From positions 15,128,001-15,192,000 of the forward strand of contig CP075495.1 in the NCBI GenBank assembly GCA_021613535.1: 64,000 nt of DNA, in the 5' to 3' direction. The translations under genes and the position numbers were made by a program. Positions 37,952 to 52,262 of this stretch are shown piece by piece (the first letter of the stretch is position 1; each line of letters starts with the position of its first letter). Below the pieces are notes generated by a model. It ran no database searches, was not told the DNA's origin, and saw only the letters and a program-made list of their open reading frames with translations. The stretch is from Adineta vaga. Taxonomy: Eukaryota > Animalia > Rotifera.

Positions 37952-39586
37952 TTTGATATTGTTTAAGCGAAATAAATAAATGAATTAAATCAAATGAATG
38001 GATAAAGTTTCATATGAATTTGCAGAGTATTTATACTGATCAGCATCACAATGTTAACTACCTGGAATTATGTTTTTCTTCTTTATTATCATTGTTAAAC
38101 ATTGTTGTAGGTCATCTTCTTTCTTGTCAGTATGACTAGTCCAATGTACATAGTGTGAATCTATTTCTTTCTTCCACGTGATGATGATTTCATATCGTCG
38201 ATAGAAATCGACGAAGGAATAATACGAAGACGATTACTTCTTGAAATAGAAGAACGAAGAAAAAAATCAACGGGTCGAACGATATCTTTTTCTTGTGTTA
38301 AATATAACAGAAACTGTCGTACCTTCATCCACACCCTCAAGATAATATTGGACGTCGATTTGTTTTTTGTTGTGTTAATGGAAAAGCTCGAGAATAAAAA
38401 TCTTTTTCTGAAAGTCTAATTCTGATAAATTCTCGTCTGTCATCGATTATTTAATTCTATGTAAAGAAAAGTAAATTCAAATACGAGTTGAATTATTGTT
38501 GATAATGATAGTGATAAAATATGAAATATTTATGTCTGGATAACATGATGTTACTAAAAACTAATTAAAATATATATGAATGGTTGAAAATATCCTTTTT
38601 ATTTACCGAAACAGAGGTTATATCAATCAATTTCACTTAGTCTTAATGTTTTTATCTTTTGGAAAGAAAGTCTAAAGTTCTTCATGTCAATTTTATTCTA
38701 TAGCATTAGTTGATAAATCGAAACGTTACATATCGTAAGATTACTGACAAAAACTGTGTTTCGAATTTCAACTTTTGAGAATCAATGGACATACAAAGTA
38801 AAAGATGATTTATCTATTAAGATCGTTTACAGATTAGAGTTTTTCATTCTCGAGTAATTTCTTTAATCATTCAGCTTCTGTTGTCGCAAAAATCTTCAAC
38901 GAATACACAATATTTCGGTAGTTTTCATTTTATCAGGACTTCAGGGAAAATAAAATTTAATATTCATAAGTACAAACGATTTCAAGAGTAAATGAATAGA
39001 ATTCCATCCTAGTTTTAATACGATCAACTATTAACTCAGTATTCTATTATAGATCATGAAGAACAACCAACACTTTTCTTCATACTTAGTTTCTGAATTA
39101 ATTTCAATAGGTTGTTAAAGATATCAGTTCTAATTATGAAATACAAAATCTGTCATGATCTAGTTTTATTCATTGCATTCATAAGAACAATGATCAATAT
39201 AATATCTATGTTATTGAGTGATGAACATGATATTTTATATCTTATATCACAATTCGATGTTTTCATTAATACTAAAGAGCAATAATGAACATGACATAAA
39301 TGTATGTATATCTTTATTAGCTTCAACACGGGAAAAGATATCGATCGACCCGTTGATTCTTTCTTCGTTCTTCTGTTTCAAGAAGTAATCGTCTTATTAT
39401 TATTCCTTCGTCGATTTCTATCGACGATATGAAATCATCATCACGTGGAAGAAAGAAATAGATTCACACTATGTACATTGGACTAGTCATACTGACAAGA
39501 AAGAAGATGACCTACAACAATGTTTAACAATGATAATAAAGAAGAAAAACATAATTCCAGGTAGTTAACATTGTGATGCTGATCAG

Positions 39587-39594
39587 TATAAATA
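39587..39594 (+). promoter_or_regulatory. TATA box (mirror copy at 38028-38035)
   Basis: TATAAATA ~80 nt upstream of ATG 39671, conserved in both arms. Confidence 0.6.
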
Positions 39595-39670
39595 CTCTGC
39601 AAATTCATATGAAACTTTATCCATTCATTTGATTTAATTCATTTATTTATTTCGATTAAACGATATCAAA

Positions 39671-40252
39671 ATGTTCAAAGCTGCAGTTATCATTGCTGTT
39701 GCCTTATTTGCTTTGGCTCAAGCAACAACACCATTTACTGAAGAACCAATGACATGTTCAGCTGCTCCAACATGTTATTCACGATTTGCTGGTATTTATT
39801 ATTTACATATGACATCACCAAAACACTCATGGTACATGATCTTGACAATGCGTGCTGATGGAAGTTATACATGGAGTGGAAACGATCAAACTGGTGTCAA
39901 ACAACTCGAAGCCAGCGAATTATTCTTCCAACCACGTGGTGATCTCAATGGTAAATGGCGATGTGATGCTAAACAAGTTAGTTCAATTGAAATGAAAGAT
40001 TTCGGATTCATGTTTTCAACAGTCAAATCACCAGAAAGTATGGCTTTAAATCACAACATCATTCGTTTGAACATGGAAAACTTCAAACAAATCACTGGTA
40101 CATTTCAATTCCGTACATACAAACTTGAAACAACTGAATTAGCTGAAGCTGCTATGATGGAAGGTGACAAATATACAAATTTATCACGTGATATTGTTGG
40201 TGAAATGTTTGACTTTTCAGTCAAAGGATACCGTCTCGATCGATTCTGTTAA
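39671..40252 (+). CDS. Secreted 193-aa protein of unknown function, copy 2
   Basis: Five amino-acid differences from copy 1. Confidence 0.85.
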   Translation: MFKAAVIIAVALFALAQATTPFTEEPMTCSAAPTCYSRFAGIYYLHMTSPKHSWYMILTMRADGSYTWSGNDQTGVKQLEASELFFQPRGDLNGKWRCDAKQVSSIEMKDFGFMFSTVKSPESMALNHNIIRLNMENFKQITGTFQFRTYKLETTELAEAAMMEGDKYTNLSRDIVGEMFDFSVKGYRLDRFC

Positions 40253-41735
40253 GTGCAAGAACACAATCAAATGAAGAAGAACAACAACAAAATGAGAGAA
40301 ATGAATGAATGAATAATTATTCTTTTCGTTTTCCTCTCTTTTGTTTGTATTTTATTCATCGATTTGTCGACTTTTTCTTTTCACTTTTTGATCTTATATT
40401 CTTAATAAAATTCTTCAAAAACAAAAGACAAATTTTAATGTATTTGCGAAACAATCATAGTTATTTAGAAGTAGAAAACGAGATAAGGAAATATCAAAAA
40501 CAAAGAATATTGAAAAAATCCTCTTTTAGTATGTGTATCTGTCGTGGAAAGAACTCGTTCAGAATCATCAAGGATATATATGAAGAAAAGAAAAACAACT
40601 TTGACAAATATCAGTTTTAGATTTCAAAGTTTTGTTTCTTTCTGCTTATTCAAATTGTTTTTCTATTGCAATGAAACCTTGTTGGTTGAAGTAAAAAACA
40701 CGATTATTTCACATTTATTTCTCAGTATAGACGGAAAGTCGAAGGCACTGGTGTATATCATTCTTCAACATGTATTTTATTACGGTCACGATTCGTTTAG
40801 AAAGATTTTCAAATGTTTTTGAAACGATAACAACATAACGAACAATCGTTTGAAAGAGAATTTCATGAGATGTTTCATTATGTTTAGTATTGTTACGTTA
40901 AGAGACAGTTAACTCTTTATGAAATTATTGTAGATTCAGATTCAGTTATAGTGTGCTGTTTTTTGCATAGAAGATTCTTTAGAAAATAGAAAACATAAAC
41001 ATCTTGAAAACATATTTTCTCTCAAGTAAATAATTTTTTTGATGTTTTCTTTGCAACATATTTCGTTATAATATTTCATTCTTCTCAACGGTGAAAACAC
41101 TAGAAATATGTTTGTTTATGGATTTGATTCGCATCCTAGCAACTTAATCTGCCTCTTTTTTTCTTTTCTTTTCTTTTCTTTTCTTTTCGGCGATGAAACC
41201 ACTAAATTTTCTAATCGACACCGTTACTGCGCATTTATGAGAAACTGACAGTTGATGATATTCAAGTTTTTGCAAGAAACAGGAAAAAAATATGCTAAGA
41301 AAATCTTTTTTAAAAAAAAACTGGAAAAGAGGAAATGCGACGCATGATTTTCTGATGAAGTTATTCAAATTAATAGTAACCACAATTCTAAATTTACCAT
41401 AGAGACATGACTGAATCGTCTAGTTCATTTTGACAAAGCATTAATTATTTAGATCATTCCTACGCCTTCATCTTTCACTTAATAAAACGATTAAATCTAT
41501 TTTTTCTTTTTTATCTTTATTTATAACTATCAACCTCAAACAAAAGTAACCCATAGTCATCATGAAGTATCGTAAATAATAAAGTAAATTTTTATGTTTT
41601 TCTACTGCTATCTTACAAGTATAACATTTTTCTCCGAAAAAAATATCTCAAAACATATTAGATTAAATTTTCAGTTCTTATCGAACAGCTAAATATATTA
41701 ATAATTCTTTTTTCAATTTTGCAGACAAACTTAAA

Positions 41736-44641
41736 ATGTCGACTGATCGTTCATCAACAACAAATGATTCATTTTGTCGTACAGAACATCTTTATACAAA
41801 TCATTTTACATGTTCACTTAAAAATGATATTCAACTTTATCAATATGATATATCAGTTGAAGAGTTGATTCTTACGAATTGGACTAAATGTGAAAATCGT
41901 TTACGATGTGCTAATATTGTTCGAAAGTTAACACCAAATAATCAATTGGAACCAAATCTATTTATATGGTATGATGAACAAGGATATTTATATAGTACAT
42001 CATATTTGGAACCACGATCGATGCGCAGTAGAGATGGTCAAAGTCAATTTCATATTCATGGATTATGTGATCAGTGGTCAACAAATGATATTATGGATTA
42101 TATTGAAGGAAAAACGAAAACATATCCATATAAAGCTATAAATTGTCTTGAATGTCTTTTAAAAAATTCTCTTCAAGGTCGAATAAGAATAATTAAACAT
42201 AAATATTATTTTACAGATGAATCAGCAACAACACTTGACAATGGTTTTGAATTAGGATACGGATTTATACAATCACTTCATCTTGTTGATCATAATTTAA
42301 CATTAAATATTGAAACAAAATCAACAATATTCTATCCGAATATGTCACTATTGCAATTTATTCATCAACAAATCAATTCAAATCAAATATTAACATACAA
42401 AGATTATGATCAACTTAATTTTAGATTACAAAAATGTACTATTATTAGTACAGGTGAATCAAACAATGGATTTGATTATGAATTTAATAAATTTGATGAT
42501 CGTCGTCCTGCTAATATACAACATGAAACAGGTCAATCATTAATTGATTATTATCAAAATGAGAAAAATATTCAATTAACAGAATTAAATTATCCATGTA
42601 TTGAAGTATATCGACGAAATGATTATACGAAAAAATATTATCTACCATTAGAAGTTTGTTACATTAAACCATGACAAATTTATGAATCTGTAAGTTTATT
42701 TTAATAAAAATCATACTTCTTTTTATTCAGTTTTTTTCAGTCACTTGAAATGCAAAATGATAATACACATATTCCAACACCAGAAGAACGTTATAATTAT
42801 ACAAGACATGTCCTAGATCATTGTGAATATAATTCGAGTCTACTTTGTCAAGCAGTTGGTTTGCATATTGATGATGACGAAATGTTAGAATTTAATGCGG
42901 GAATTTTACCATTACCATATATCAAAACAAGTTTGAAATACCAAGCTCATATAGATGTTGATAGTGGTCAAATTCTTCTCGATGAACGTTTACAAAAACC
43001 AAAATCAATATCAACTTTAGCTGTAACATATTTTGGTAGAGATTTTCAAGGAAGAAAAGAAGTTTTTGATTTATTTACAGATAAATTAATTGATGTGAGT
43101 CGTTATTATTGAAATTTGAGAATCTAATATTTATTGAAATTATTTTATTTTAGACTATGGAACGTTATAGTCTTTATGGACGTCATGAAGAACATATTGT
43201 CGAACCAAATTTCGAACAAATTTCTCAATACTTTCGTTCAATGAGCGAACAGATGTGTGAATTTGTTGTTTGTATTATGCATGGACAGTCCGAAGAAGAA
43301 CTTACAGAACTTCGAAATAATATTAAAAAATGTGGAACAATTCTATATGGTAAATGATCTGTTAGATACCTATTTTGAAAGTCTTAATTTATTTAGGTAT
43401 TATGACTCAATGTGCTGTATATTCTGAAATATATATGGATGAACGAATGACTAATTATTGTGATAATTTAATACGAAAAATTAATTTTAAAAATGGAGGA
43501 ATTAATACAGAAGTTGTTTTATATTCAGCATTCAAGGATAGAAATATCGATAAAGATAAATTGATGTTTTTTGGTGGTGCTGTTTTACATCCAATGAATG
43601 TAACTTGTCAGAATCCATCGATTGCAGGTATGAAATGATTAATGATGATTTCGTCTTCTAATTAAGTATTCCATTTTATTTTTTTAGCCATAGTTGGTTC
43701 AGGTAATTCATCGTGTTCAACAACAGCTACGCGTGTTTCTAAACAATATCCAAAAGAAGGAAATCGTTCGATTCATATGATTGTTGGTATGGCAGAAATG
43801 ATTATAGAATTATTAGATTATTATCGTCATGAAAATCAATATTTACCTAATAAAGTTATCTTTTATAGAGATGGTAAATACATTATTCTTCAAGAGATAT
43901 CTCATGGAAAACAATGTTTGATTTTAGGAATCAATAATGAAGAATTTTTAGAAGTTCTTGATTATGAAATAGCAGCAATTCGTCGTGCATTTTTTAGTTA
44001 GTACAATAAATATCTACTATTGCTTTAAAATATATTTTTATTGTAGAAATCTATGGTGATAAACGTAATCATCCTCATCTTACTTTTATTATTGTTAATC
44101 ATCGACATCATACACGGTTTTTTACCTACAAACGAAATTTATATCGAACAGATGATGCATCAGGAGAACGCCCAAAAGAAACAGATAATATGTCAATTGG
44201 TTGTGTTATTGATACAACAATTGTTCATCCATATCAACATAATTTCTATTTAAATTCACATAACACTGATCGTGGTGTGAATAATCCATCGCTTTATGAT
44301 GTTATTCTAAATGAAAATGATTTCACATTAAATGAATTAGAATTATTAACATATTATTTATGTTTTACTGATTCTCGATCATCATCATCAGAAGCTACTC
44401 CATCAGTTGTTCATCAAGCAAATAAAGCGACAATAAATGCTCAAGATTTATTTGATAATTCTACCAAGTAGGATTAAAGAAAAAGCAAGAAACTTCTTTT
44501 AAAACTTAAATGTATTTTAGTTCAACAGGATCAAATCGTAATAAAAGAATGCAATCATTACAAAATACAATTCCAATTGATTTAGATTATGAAATTCTTC
44601 AAGTTCATGAAAATCTTCGTAATCGACCTGTTTTTGCTTAA
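41736..44641 (+). pseudogene. Divergent Argonaute (N-PAZ-MID-PIWI), 8 exons, with one in-frame TGA at 42672-42674
   Basis: 'LYTNHF', 'LYQYDISV', PAZ end 'YLPLEVCYI', 'TQC', 'KINFKNGGIN', 'IFYRDG', 'RHHTRFF', 'FYLNSH', C-terminus 'VHENLRNRPVFA*'. Exons 41736-42689, 42741-43094, 43154-43349, 43397-43627, 43688-43873, 43928-43996, 44047-44467, 44521-44641 are all in phase. Confidence 0.85.
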
Positions 44642-45239
44642 ACAAGCTTCTTTTATATGAACATTTGAATGATCATATTTTTCTGTAATTCAGAATATTT
44701 CTTTTATAAAATTAGATATTTTTCCATCTTAGATTTAATAGAAAAATAAACGTCTTGTGTATTCCTAATTTGATTTGCTCAGGATCTCTTTCTTGAAATA
44801 CATTCGTACCCATATCAATGTTGAACGAGCTGAAAATATTGTAGATTATATTGTTCAATTTTTCGTCACTAAATGAATACTTGAGATTTAGTAGTTTATG
44901 TGATATGATGAAAAAAAGTGATCGAGAATAACGAGACAAAAACAAGTAAAGCTGAATTTTCATCAATTATCTTAACTCTTTTCGATCATAATCAATTTTT
45001 TACTCGATTCGAATCGATGACAATCGGGGAAACTTGAAATAATCGATGAAAATTCTATTTTTGGTTATTTTTTATTAAAAATCGACTTTGATCCGCTTAT
45101 ATTTATCTAATTTGTTTTACATAGGTAGTGATCTTAGTTTAGTAAAGGAGATACTCCCAATCATATTCTTTCTTTGTTCTAGATCTGTTCTCTTTGCAAA
45201 CATATTTAGGTTTTTAACGTTCATTTGCCATGTCAAACA

Positions 45240-45363
45240 ATACGGACCGTTTCCGGTAGTGAGATTCATCCAGTTGTCTTCGGAAATGGAAGCAACCGCT
45301 GTTTTTTCCTGCAGGTTTCTGTCGGAATTGCACTGGTACGGCTATCAGAATCATTGTCCTGGG
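45240..45363. mobile_element. Terminal fragment of a CCCAGG-type TIR element
   Basis: Ends TTGTCCTGGG, with TTCCGG/CGGAA subterminal motifs. Confidence 0.4.
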
Positions 45364-46860
45364 TTGTACAAACAAAGTTTAAAGTGTATGTTCAAATTGC
45401 TGAGGAAGGTCTCTTTTCATCACAAATACGTCTGGAACTGGATGACAATATGTCTATCGTTTGCCTATTTGAATAAATATTTGCCTGATGCAGCCGGGCT
45501 GAAATACAAGGACAATTCAGACAGATGGCATGGGTTAATCAGAGATGGGCAACTCCAAATTAACTTTAACTTCGTACGCTTTTTAAAATCTATCTCCAAT
45601 TCAGAGTTGGAGTTGTCCATCTCTGCAGTTAGTAGCTGTATTTGATTAGTTTTCTAATGAGAGTCGATAATAACATATTTTGATTGTTGCTTTCATCTCG
45701 AATTAAAAATTCTCATGTAGTTCATATTGATTTTTGAATTCAACCGATCCAATCTATTTTTTTACTCATTTTGCAATCGCTATGTTTATATTCTCAATAC
45801 TTTCATATATCTCATATTTTATCTGAATTATTTCTGTTTATTTCTCTATGCCAATAAAAGATAATCAAATTCTATTTGATAAACATTTTGATCCAAATAC
45901 AATATATATTGTTCATCGTCCAATTGGTAAGTTTCTCTATATGTATGAATGTGTTAGAAATCTTCTCATAAGTTCACGCTTAACATGTTCTTGTGATCGT
46001 AGATAGGATAAGGGTGAGAATAAAGATTGAATGAGGATGATTTTAGGTAGGGAAAAGCGTATGAAGGTAATCTGTATATCTTAGTGGTTTCAACTGAAAG
46101 TGACAATGACAATGGCGGTGACGTTTATTTTCCTTCCTTTCACCATACGTTTTACTATTATTGCTATTCATTCTCACACTTAAATCTTTAATTCATGTAT
46201 TTATCAGCTTTACGTATCATCACACCCTCATCCAAGTCCTTTTTCTTCTAATGACTCAATGAGTAAATGAAAAAATCTACAAAATATAGAGTTTCGACGG
46301 ATGAAAACGAGAAATGACGATTGCAAAATCTCGGCTCATTATTTTTCAACGTTAACAAATATTTGCATCAGCGAATAAGGTAATTAGAACCTTTGTGTTC
46401 TGAAAAATAAACTATTGCTATTCCTTTCGTAGAGAAACACCAGATGTACAGGAAAAATAATGTTTTTCATAGATGGCTTCTAGTAGCGAACCGACGAGAA
46501 TTGTTGTTGATGATTGAGCTTGATTCTTTTCTTCTTCTCACCACTTTTTCTTTTTCTTTTTCCTTTAAAATAAAAAAACCTACATAACAGAAGTGAAAAG
46601 AAAAAATGTTCATAAAAAACAGCATCTATATTTCTTCATATTTGCGTATATAATAATTTTGTTTTTGTATAAATTATTTTTCAATTTCTTTGATTTTCTT
46701 CAGCTCATTCATTATTTCATATTTGAACTTTTTCTTTTTATCAATATATATAGTTATATCAGCAAATTTTTTGCTAATAGAGTTACATGAATCATCATCA
46801 GCTGTGGTAATTAATCTAAAAATAAATACTATTACATGTAAAATCACAATTAAAAGCATA

Positions 46861-47370
46861 CCCAGGTCGATCAAAACAGAGCCGTTTACAATGCGTTCTC
46901 GAGACGTAAACTGCGATAGAACGGTACTTTCACGGCAGTAATAGGGCCCTTTCGCCCTGTAATTACGGGCGCACTTTTACGGCTTCGTAAACGGACTGTA
47001 TTCTTCAAAATGGCTACTTTTCGGCTATGCAGAGTAGTGTAAAAATCGTTAATTCGATTCAAGTATAAACTTCTTCAGCTTCTAAAGTTTCAGTTCAGAA
47101 TTTGAGTACCTACCACTCACCCACACCCTCAAGATGCTAGTTCCAAAACGTTCCAACCGGAAAACTCAGGACAATGGAAGCAGTATTCCGATCGGAATTT
47201 CTCGGACTGTTCCGGTGAACTCCAATCGGAATTGTCAGAAAACAACTGGAACTTACTGGAAGTTAGTCAGAAGCGAGCGGAAAAATCCGAAAATATCTGG
47301 TTCTGAATCCTGCTGCCACGAAATTGCCGGAATGTTCTGGTTCCGGCGGGATCCGGCTCGAATTTTTCGT
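46861..47370. mobile_element. Nest of TIR-element fragments
   Basis: CCCAGGTCGA terminus at 46861 (same as the 19620-20628 right end), the 47033-47133 repeat, and CTCAGGACAATGG followed by CCGGAA arrays from 47165. Confidence 0.5.
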
Positions 47371-47911
47371 CGTGTAAGAAAAAAATTTGAGCCAAATAAG
47401 AAGAATTACAAGACACAAGGTATGACTCGTTTATATTAGAAACATTTCTACGATGGGCTTGCAAGTTTGTTTGAAGAAATTCAATGGAACATGTCTGTTT
47501 CTTTTCTCTCGATTTAAAGAAACCTACGCAAGATGAAATTCAAGCAGAACGAGATGCAATACTGAGAGAAGATTACCATGACCCAATTGAAAGACTTCCT
47601 GGAAAAATTAATCAATTATTAAATGCATCGAATAGAGTATGTAAGATTTTTATTACTAATAGATTTATATGAGTGACAATAGAGGAACATGCACTCGTTC
47701 GAAGAAAAAAGTTAGATTTGTTCTATAAAAACTAATTTTTTGTCATTTGTTTTTCGAATATTTACACAATCGATATCTTTGTCTGGTTGATATGCACTGA
47801 AAATGATATCTATAGTAAAACCATCAGAGCTCGTTTATTTAAATAGAAGACAAATATTCTCTTTTAAGAAATGTACAACAACACCAACAACAACTAATGA
47901 ATAAAATAAAT

Positions 47912-50900
47912 TTATGAATATAGATTAATTTTTTTCGTGATAGGTTTTCGACAAATATGACAAGTTTTTAATGGATGAGCACAATTTGAACACGCTGTAT
48001 GTCCACATAAAAAAGCAACATTTCGTGATCTTTCCATACAAATAGAACAACATTGTCCGTCTTCTAATTCTTGTACTTTTGTTTCAAGATCTCGTACAAC
48101 TTTATTTATTATTTCTCCATCTGAATTATTATTTCCAGTTGTTGTTGTTGTTGTTGATGATGGTAATCGATGAGTATGACGAGTTACATTAACAGATGGA
48201 CTACTTACCAATTGACCATCTAAATAAATTGAATATATTTAGAAAAATCGATTTCTCTAGAAAAATGAATATTTCTTACCATGTGTATATTTTGCATCAA
48301 TATTAAGTTGACATAAAACACATCGTTTCATTTTGATACAACATTCTTTACAAGCTATTTTATGTTTACATGGTTCAAATAGAATATCAGCTGGACAATC
48401 ATCACATATAATACATGGTGATAATGCTGATGTATTTGGCATAACTTGTTTAATAATTATTGATCGATTTAATAGAATAAAATATTCTTTTAGTTTTTGA
48501 TCACTAACATAATCTAAAGGCAATTTATTTTGACGATTTTTAACTAATAATGGTGCATCACATTTGATTAAAAATGCAGCTAGAACAATATTTGGTGTTT
48601 GGCGATAATCAACAGGCATTTGTGGAATTAAATCAGATGCAAGTAATGCTAAACATGAATCATCTGATTGTTGACTTTTTGAAAGAATTAAATGAAGTGG
48701 TGTATCACCATCTTCATCTAAAACTTTAGTTGATGCACGATGATCACGTACTAATAAAATAACAATAGATGAATGTCCTTGTGCAACAGCTAAATGAAGT
48801 GGAGTTTGTTTACGACTATTACAGATCTCAACTGTTGCATGTCCACAACGTAATAATAAACATGTCACTAATAAATGACCATTTAGACAAGCTAGATGAA
48901 GTGAGGAAAATCCATCATCTTTTTTTGAATCAACTAATTGTCGACATAATTCAATTAAACGCCATGTAACACTATGATAAGAAAGAAAAGAAATGTGAAT
49001 TGATATCAAATAAGAATAATGTTCATACTAGGCATTTCCTTTGAGAGCGGCATGATGAAGAACATTGAAACCTCGTTTATTTTTTAAATTGAAATTAATA
49101 TTTGATACTGAAAGAAGAAGATCAATCAGTTCTCGACCATCGACACATTCATTATTTGAACTAAAAGTTTGAAAGGAAAAGAAATAGAAATTTTAAAAGA
49201 ATTCTTTCTAATTACCGATCAGGCGATGTGCTTTCCGATGGAATGAGACTTGTTTGATGACGAGTTTCTTCTAATTCTTTTATTAAATTTAAAATACTCG
49301 AATGAGTTTCACCTGAAGCTAATTCATCAAGACCAGCAAATTGACCAAAAACACGAGTATTTGCTAAAAACGAAAAAAATCTATCTATTAAAAAACTTCT
49401 CAAACTCATTAATTCTTACCAATATCATGTAGTGCTGTATCTCCATAAATATCTTGTAGATTAACATCAATTGCTGGTTGTTGATGACCAAGTAATCTCT
49501 TTGTACATTCTAATAATTGTTTATTAATTGCAATATGAAGAGATGAACAACCTGTCGAATTTATTGAATTAATATCAGCACCTTTCGATAATAGTAATGA
49601 TATGCAATCTGGTTGATTACCAAAACAGGCATAGTGAAGAGCAGTATCACCATCAGCATCGCGTTGTTCTAAGTTAGCTCCATGAGAAAGAAGAATTCGA
49701 ACAATATCGACATGACCTTGATGTGCTGCTAACATTAAAGCAGATTTATCACCAGATCGACTTTCAACCTAAAGAATTTCAAATATCAATAAATATACAT
49801 TAGAATTAGACATAGAAAAAGTTTATCTTACTAATTGAGGATTTTTATTTAGAGCATCTCGAACAGCTTGAATTTTTCCTTGTGCAGCATCTCGAACAAT
49901 TGCTGATGATGATAAAGCATCATTATGTCCCAAAAGTGTATTATAAATTAACATTTGTTTACATGACGATGAATTTGTTGTACCACCACCAATGGATGAA
50001 CCACCTTGTAAACTCCAATCAACACTTGAAGCATATTCCATTTGTTGTTGTGCTTGATATGCTTGCAGTGTATTATGACTGGTTGAATTCAGTAAACTTG
50101 ACGATGCTGCTGCTGCTGTTGTTGTTGTTAATGGTATACAACATTGAGGATTGAATGTAAAGGATTGTCCATTGACACTAACACGAATATCACCATCTCC
50201 ATAAACTTGTAAAACTCTTCCTTGTTTTCCAAGTACACCAATCATATCATGTGACCATTCACCATGTCCTTTTTGTGCTTGTCTTAAACGTTGTTCATCA
50301 GCACAAATAAGAACTTGATCACCAGTTGTAAATGAATATATTTTACTTAATGCACCTGGATGAAATGTCCAACGATTTTGTTGTGCAACTGAAGATGATG
50401 ATTGATCTTGATTATTGTCATCATTTAAATGAAATTGTACACGTACATCACCTCGTTCTGTAACACGATGAACATGTCCTTCTTTACTTAAAACATCAGC
50501 CATACGTATATTCCATCCACCATGACCTTCTTGTAATTGTTTAACAAGATCAATATCAGACATAACACGAACTTTATCACCAACAGAAAATTGTGAAATT
50601 TCAAGTGGAGGTACAAGACGTTCAATATGTTCACCAAGAACAGGTAAATGTGTTTTATAATATTGGCCACTTTTAGATTCATGTACATATTTTAAATCGA
50701 CTTTTCCTTTATGTCCAACACGATAAACATTTGCTACATGGGGATTATGTAACCAGGCAACAGCTGCAACACTTCGTCCAGATTCATTTTCCCAACCTTT
50801 AATTTCCTGAACTTTTCCTTGACCACCTTGTCCACCATCTTGATCACCCCAATCCCAATCAGCACCACGTACAACGACAGCACCTTTGAATATACCTTTT

Positions 50901-51565
50901 GCAATCAAACGAGAATCAAGACTTTGACTTCGAGGTGGAACTTTCACGCCCTTTTCGATAGAGAAAGAAAAAACGAATCGAAATCAATAAAATCTTTGTT
51001 AAATAGCTTCTTGTCAATATTTACTTGTGTATTGGTAGCTGTTTCGAAACGAAGAAATGGATGAGTAAGATCATGTTTGTCTAAAGCCATATAACAATGT
51101 GTACAAAGATCAAAATCAAAACATCGAGCACATTTCCATCTCATGCCAATAATTCCATGTTTTCGACATGCATCACATATTACATTTGGATGTCGAACAC
51201 CAATTGGTGCATTATCATAAACACGTAAATCATATGCTGATTGATATCCAACACGATAACTAAAATCAATCATATTTAGTCTTTTATTTATTTCGATTAG
51301 CTAATTAAAATTACTTTGTTCGAGAGCCTGAATCCCATTGAACAACAACAGTTTTATCTGGAGATGTATTGCTTCCTGGTTTACCTAGTTCAACAACTGT
51401 ACCAACATGACCTTCACCATCATCTTGTTGAGCCCATTTCCAGTCGGGACCACGAACCTTTTTGTTTTCAAATAAAAAAAATATTCACTAATTAGCTTCA
51501 GAGAGAAAAAGAAAACGAAGAAAACAAGAATATATTTTTACCACTCTTAGACCAATTTCAAGCAT
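47912..51565 (-). CDS. mib2: E3 ubiquitin ligase mind bomb 2
   Basis: [16 protein letters not shown] (MIB-HERC2 domain), ZZ finger '[25 protein letters not shown]', second MIB-HERC2, two Mib repeats, ankyrins, and two C-terminal RINGs (MIB1 has three). Confidence 0.92.
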
Positions 51566-52262
51566 GTTGGTCCAGATGATCGCATTTTTATTAAACAACT
51601 ATCTTCTTGTCCGATTGAATATTTGTTCATTGTCTACTCCTACTTGTTCGTTCGTTCAATCAATCAATCAACTGACTATTTTCACGAAGTCAAAAAAATA
51701 TACTACAAACATCCAATCATATCTTTGACATCTACAGATGGCGCTCTTAATTGTAAACTTCATACTATCAAATTTGAATATATATACCTTATGATCATTG
51801 ATCTTGTTTTGTTACAAATTCAACGTAATGATATATATTTCTTAGAATTCTTCAACCGTAATAAAAACTTAAAGTCATATGTTTTAACCTGAAAAACATC
51901 TTAAACGTTGCAACTAACGAATGATTATCGACAGAAATAAATACACGAGAAAATGACTGTAAAATTATATCTATACTAGTGAGAGAAAGTTTATCAGCTC
52001 TTAATTATAAATGTGAACTCATTCTCTTTGTTACACACAATAGTAAATATTTAATAATAGAATCATAGATGTGTTTTTACTTTTCCTTTAACAAGCTTTT
52101 CTTTATGACTCAGTTTACAGTTTTAAAAAAAGGACTTTTTTCACATTCACAAAGATGATTTAGGTTTAACTTATTTATTTTAGATAAAAGTTTGATTGGA
52201 TACGTCGATGTTTTAATTTGATTATAAAATATTTCATAAGAAAAAATGACAAATTATTTTTT

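Larger units (their letters stand above)
37196..40426. repeat. Inverted duplication: arms ~37196-38300 and ~39323-40426, spacer ~1 kb
   Basis: Arms are near-identical reverse complements spanning promoter, CDS and 3'UTR. Confidence 0.92.

Noticed and set aside
45088-45645. 185-aa ORF
   Set aside because: Non-ATG start, runs through a TE fragment, no motifs.
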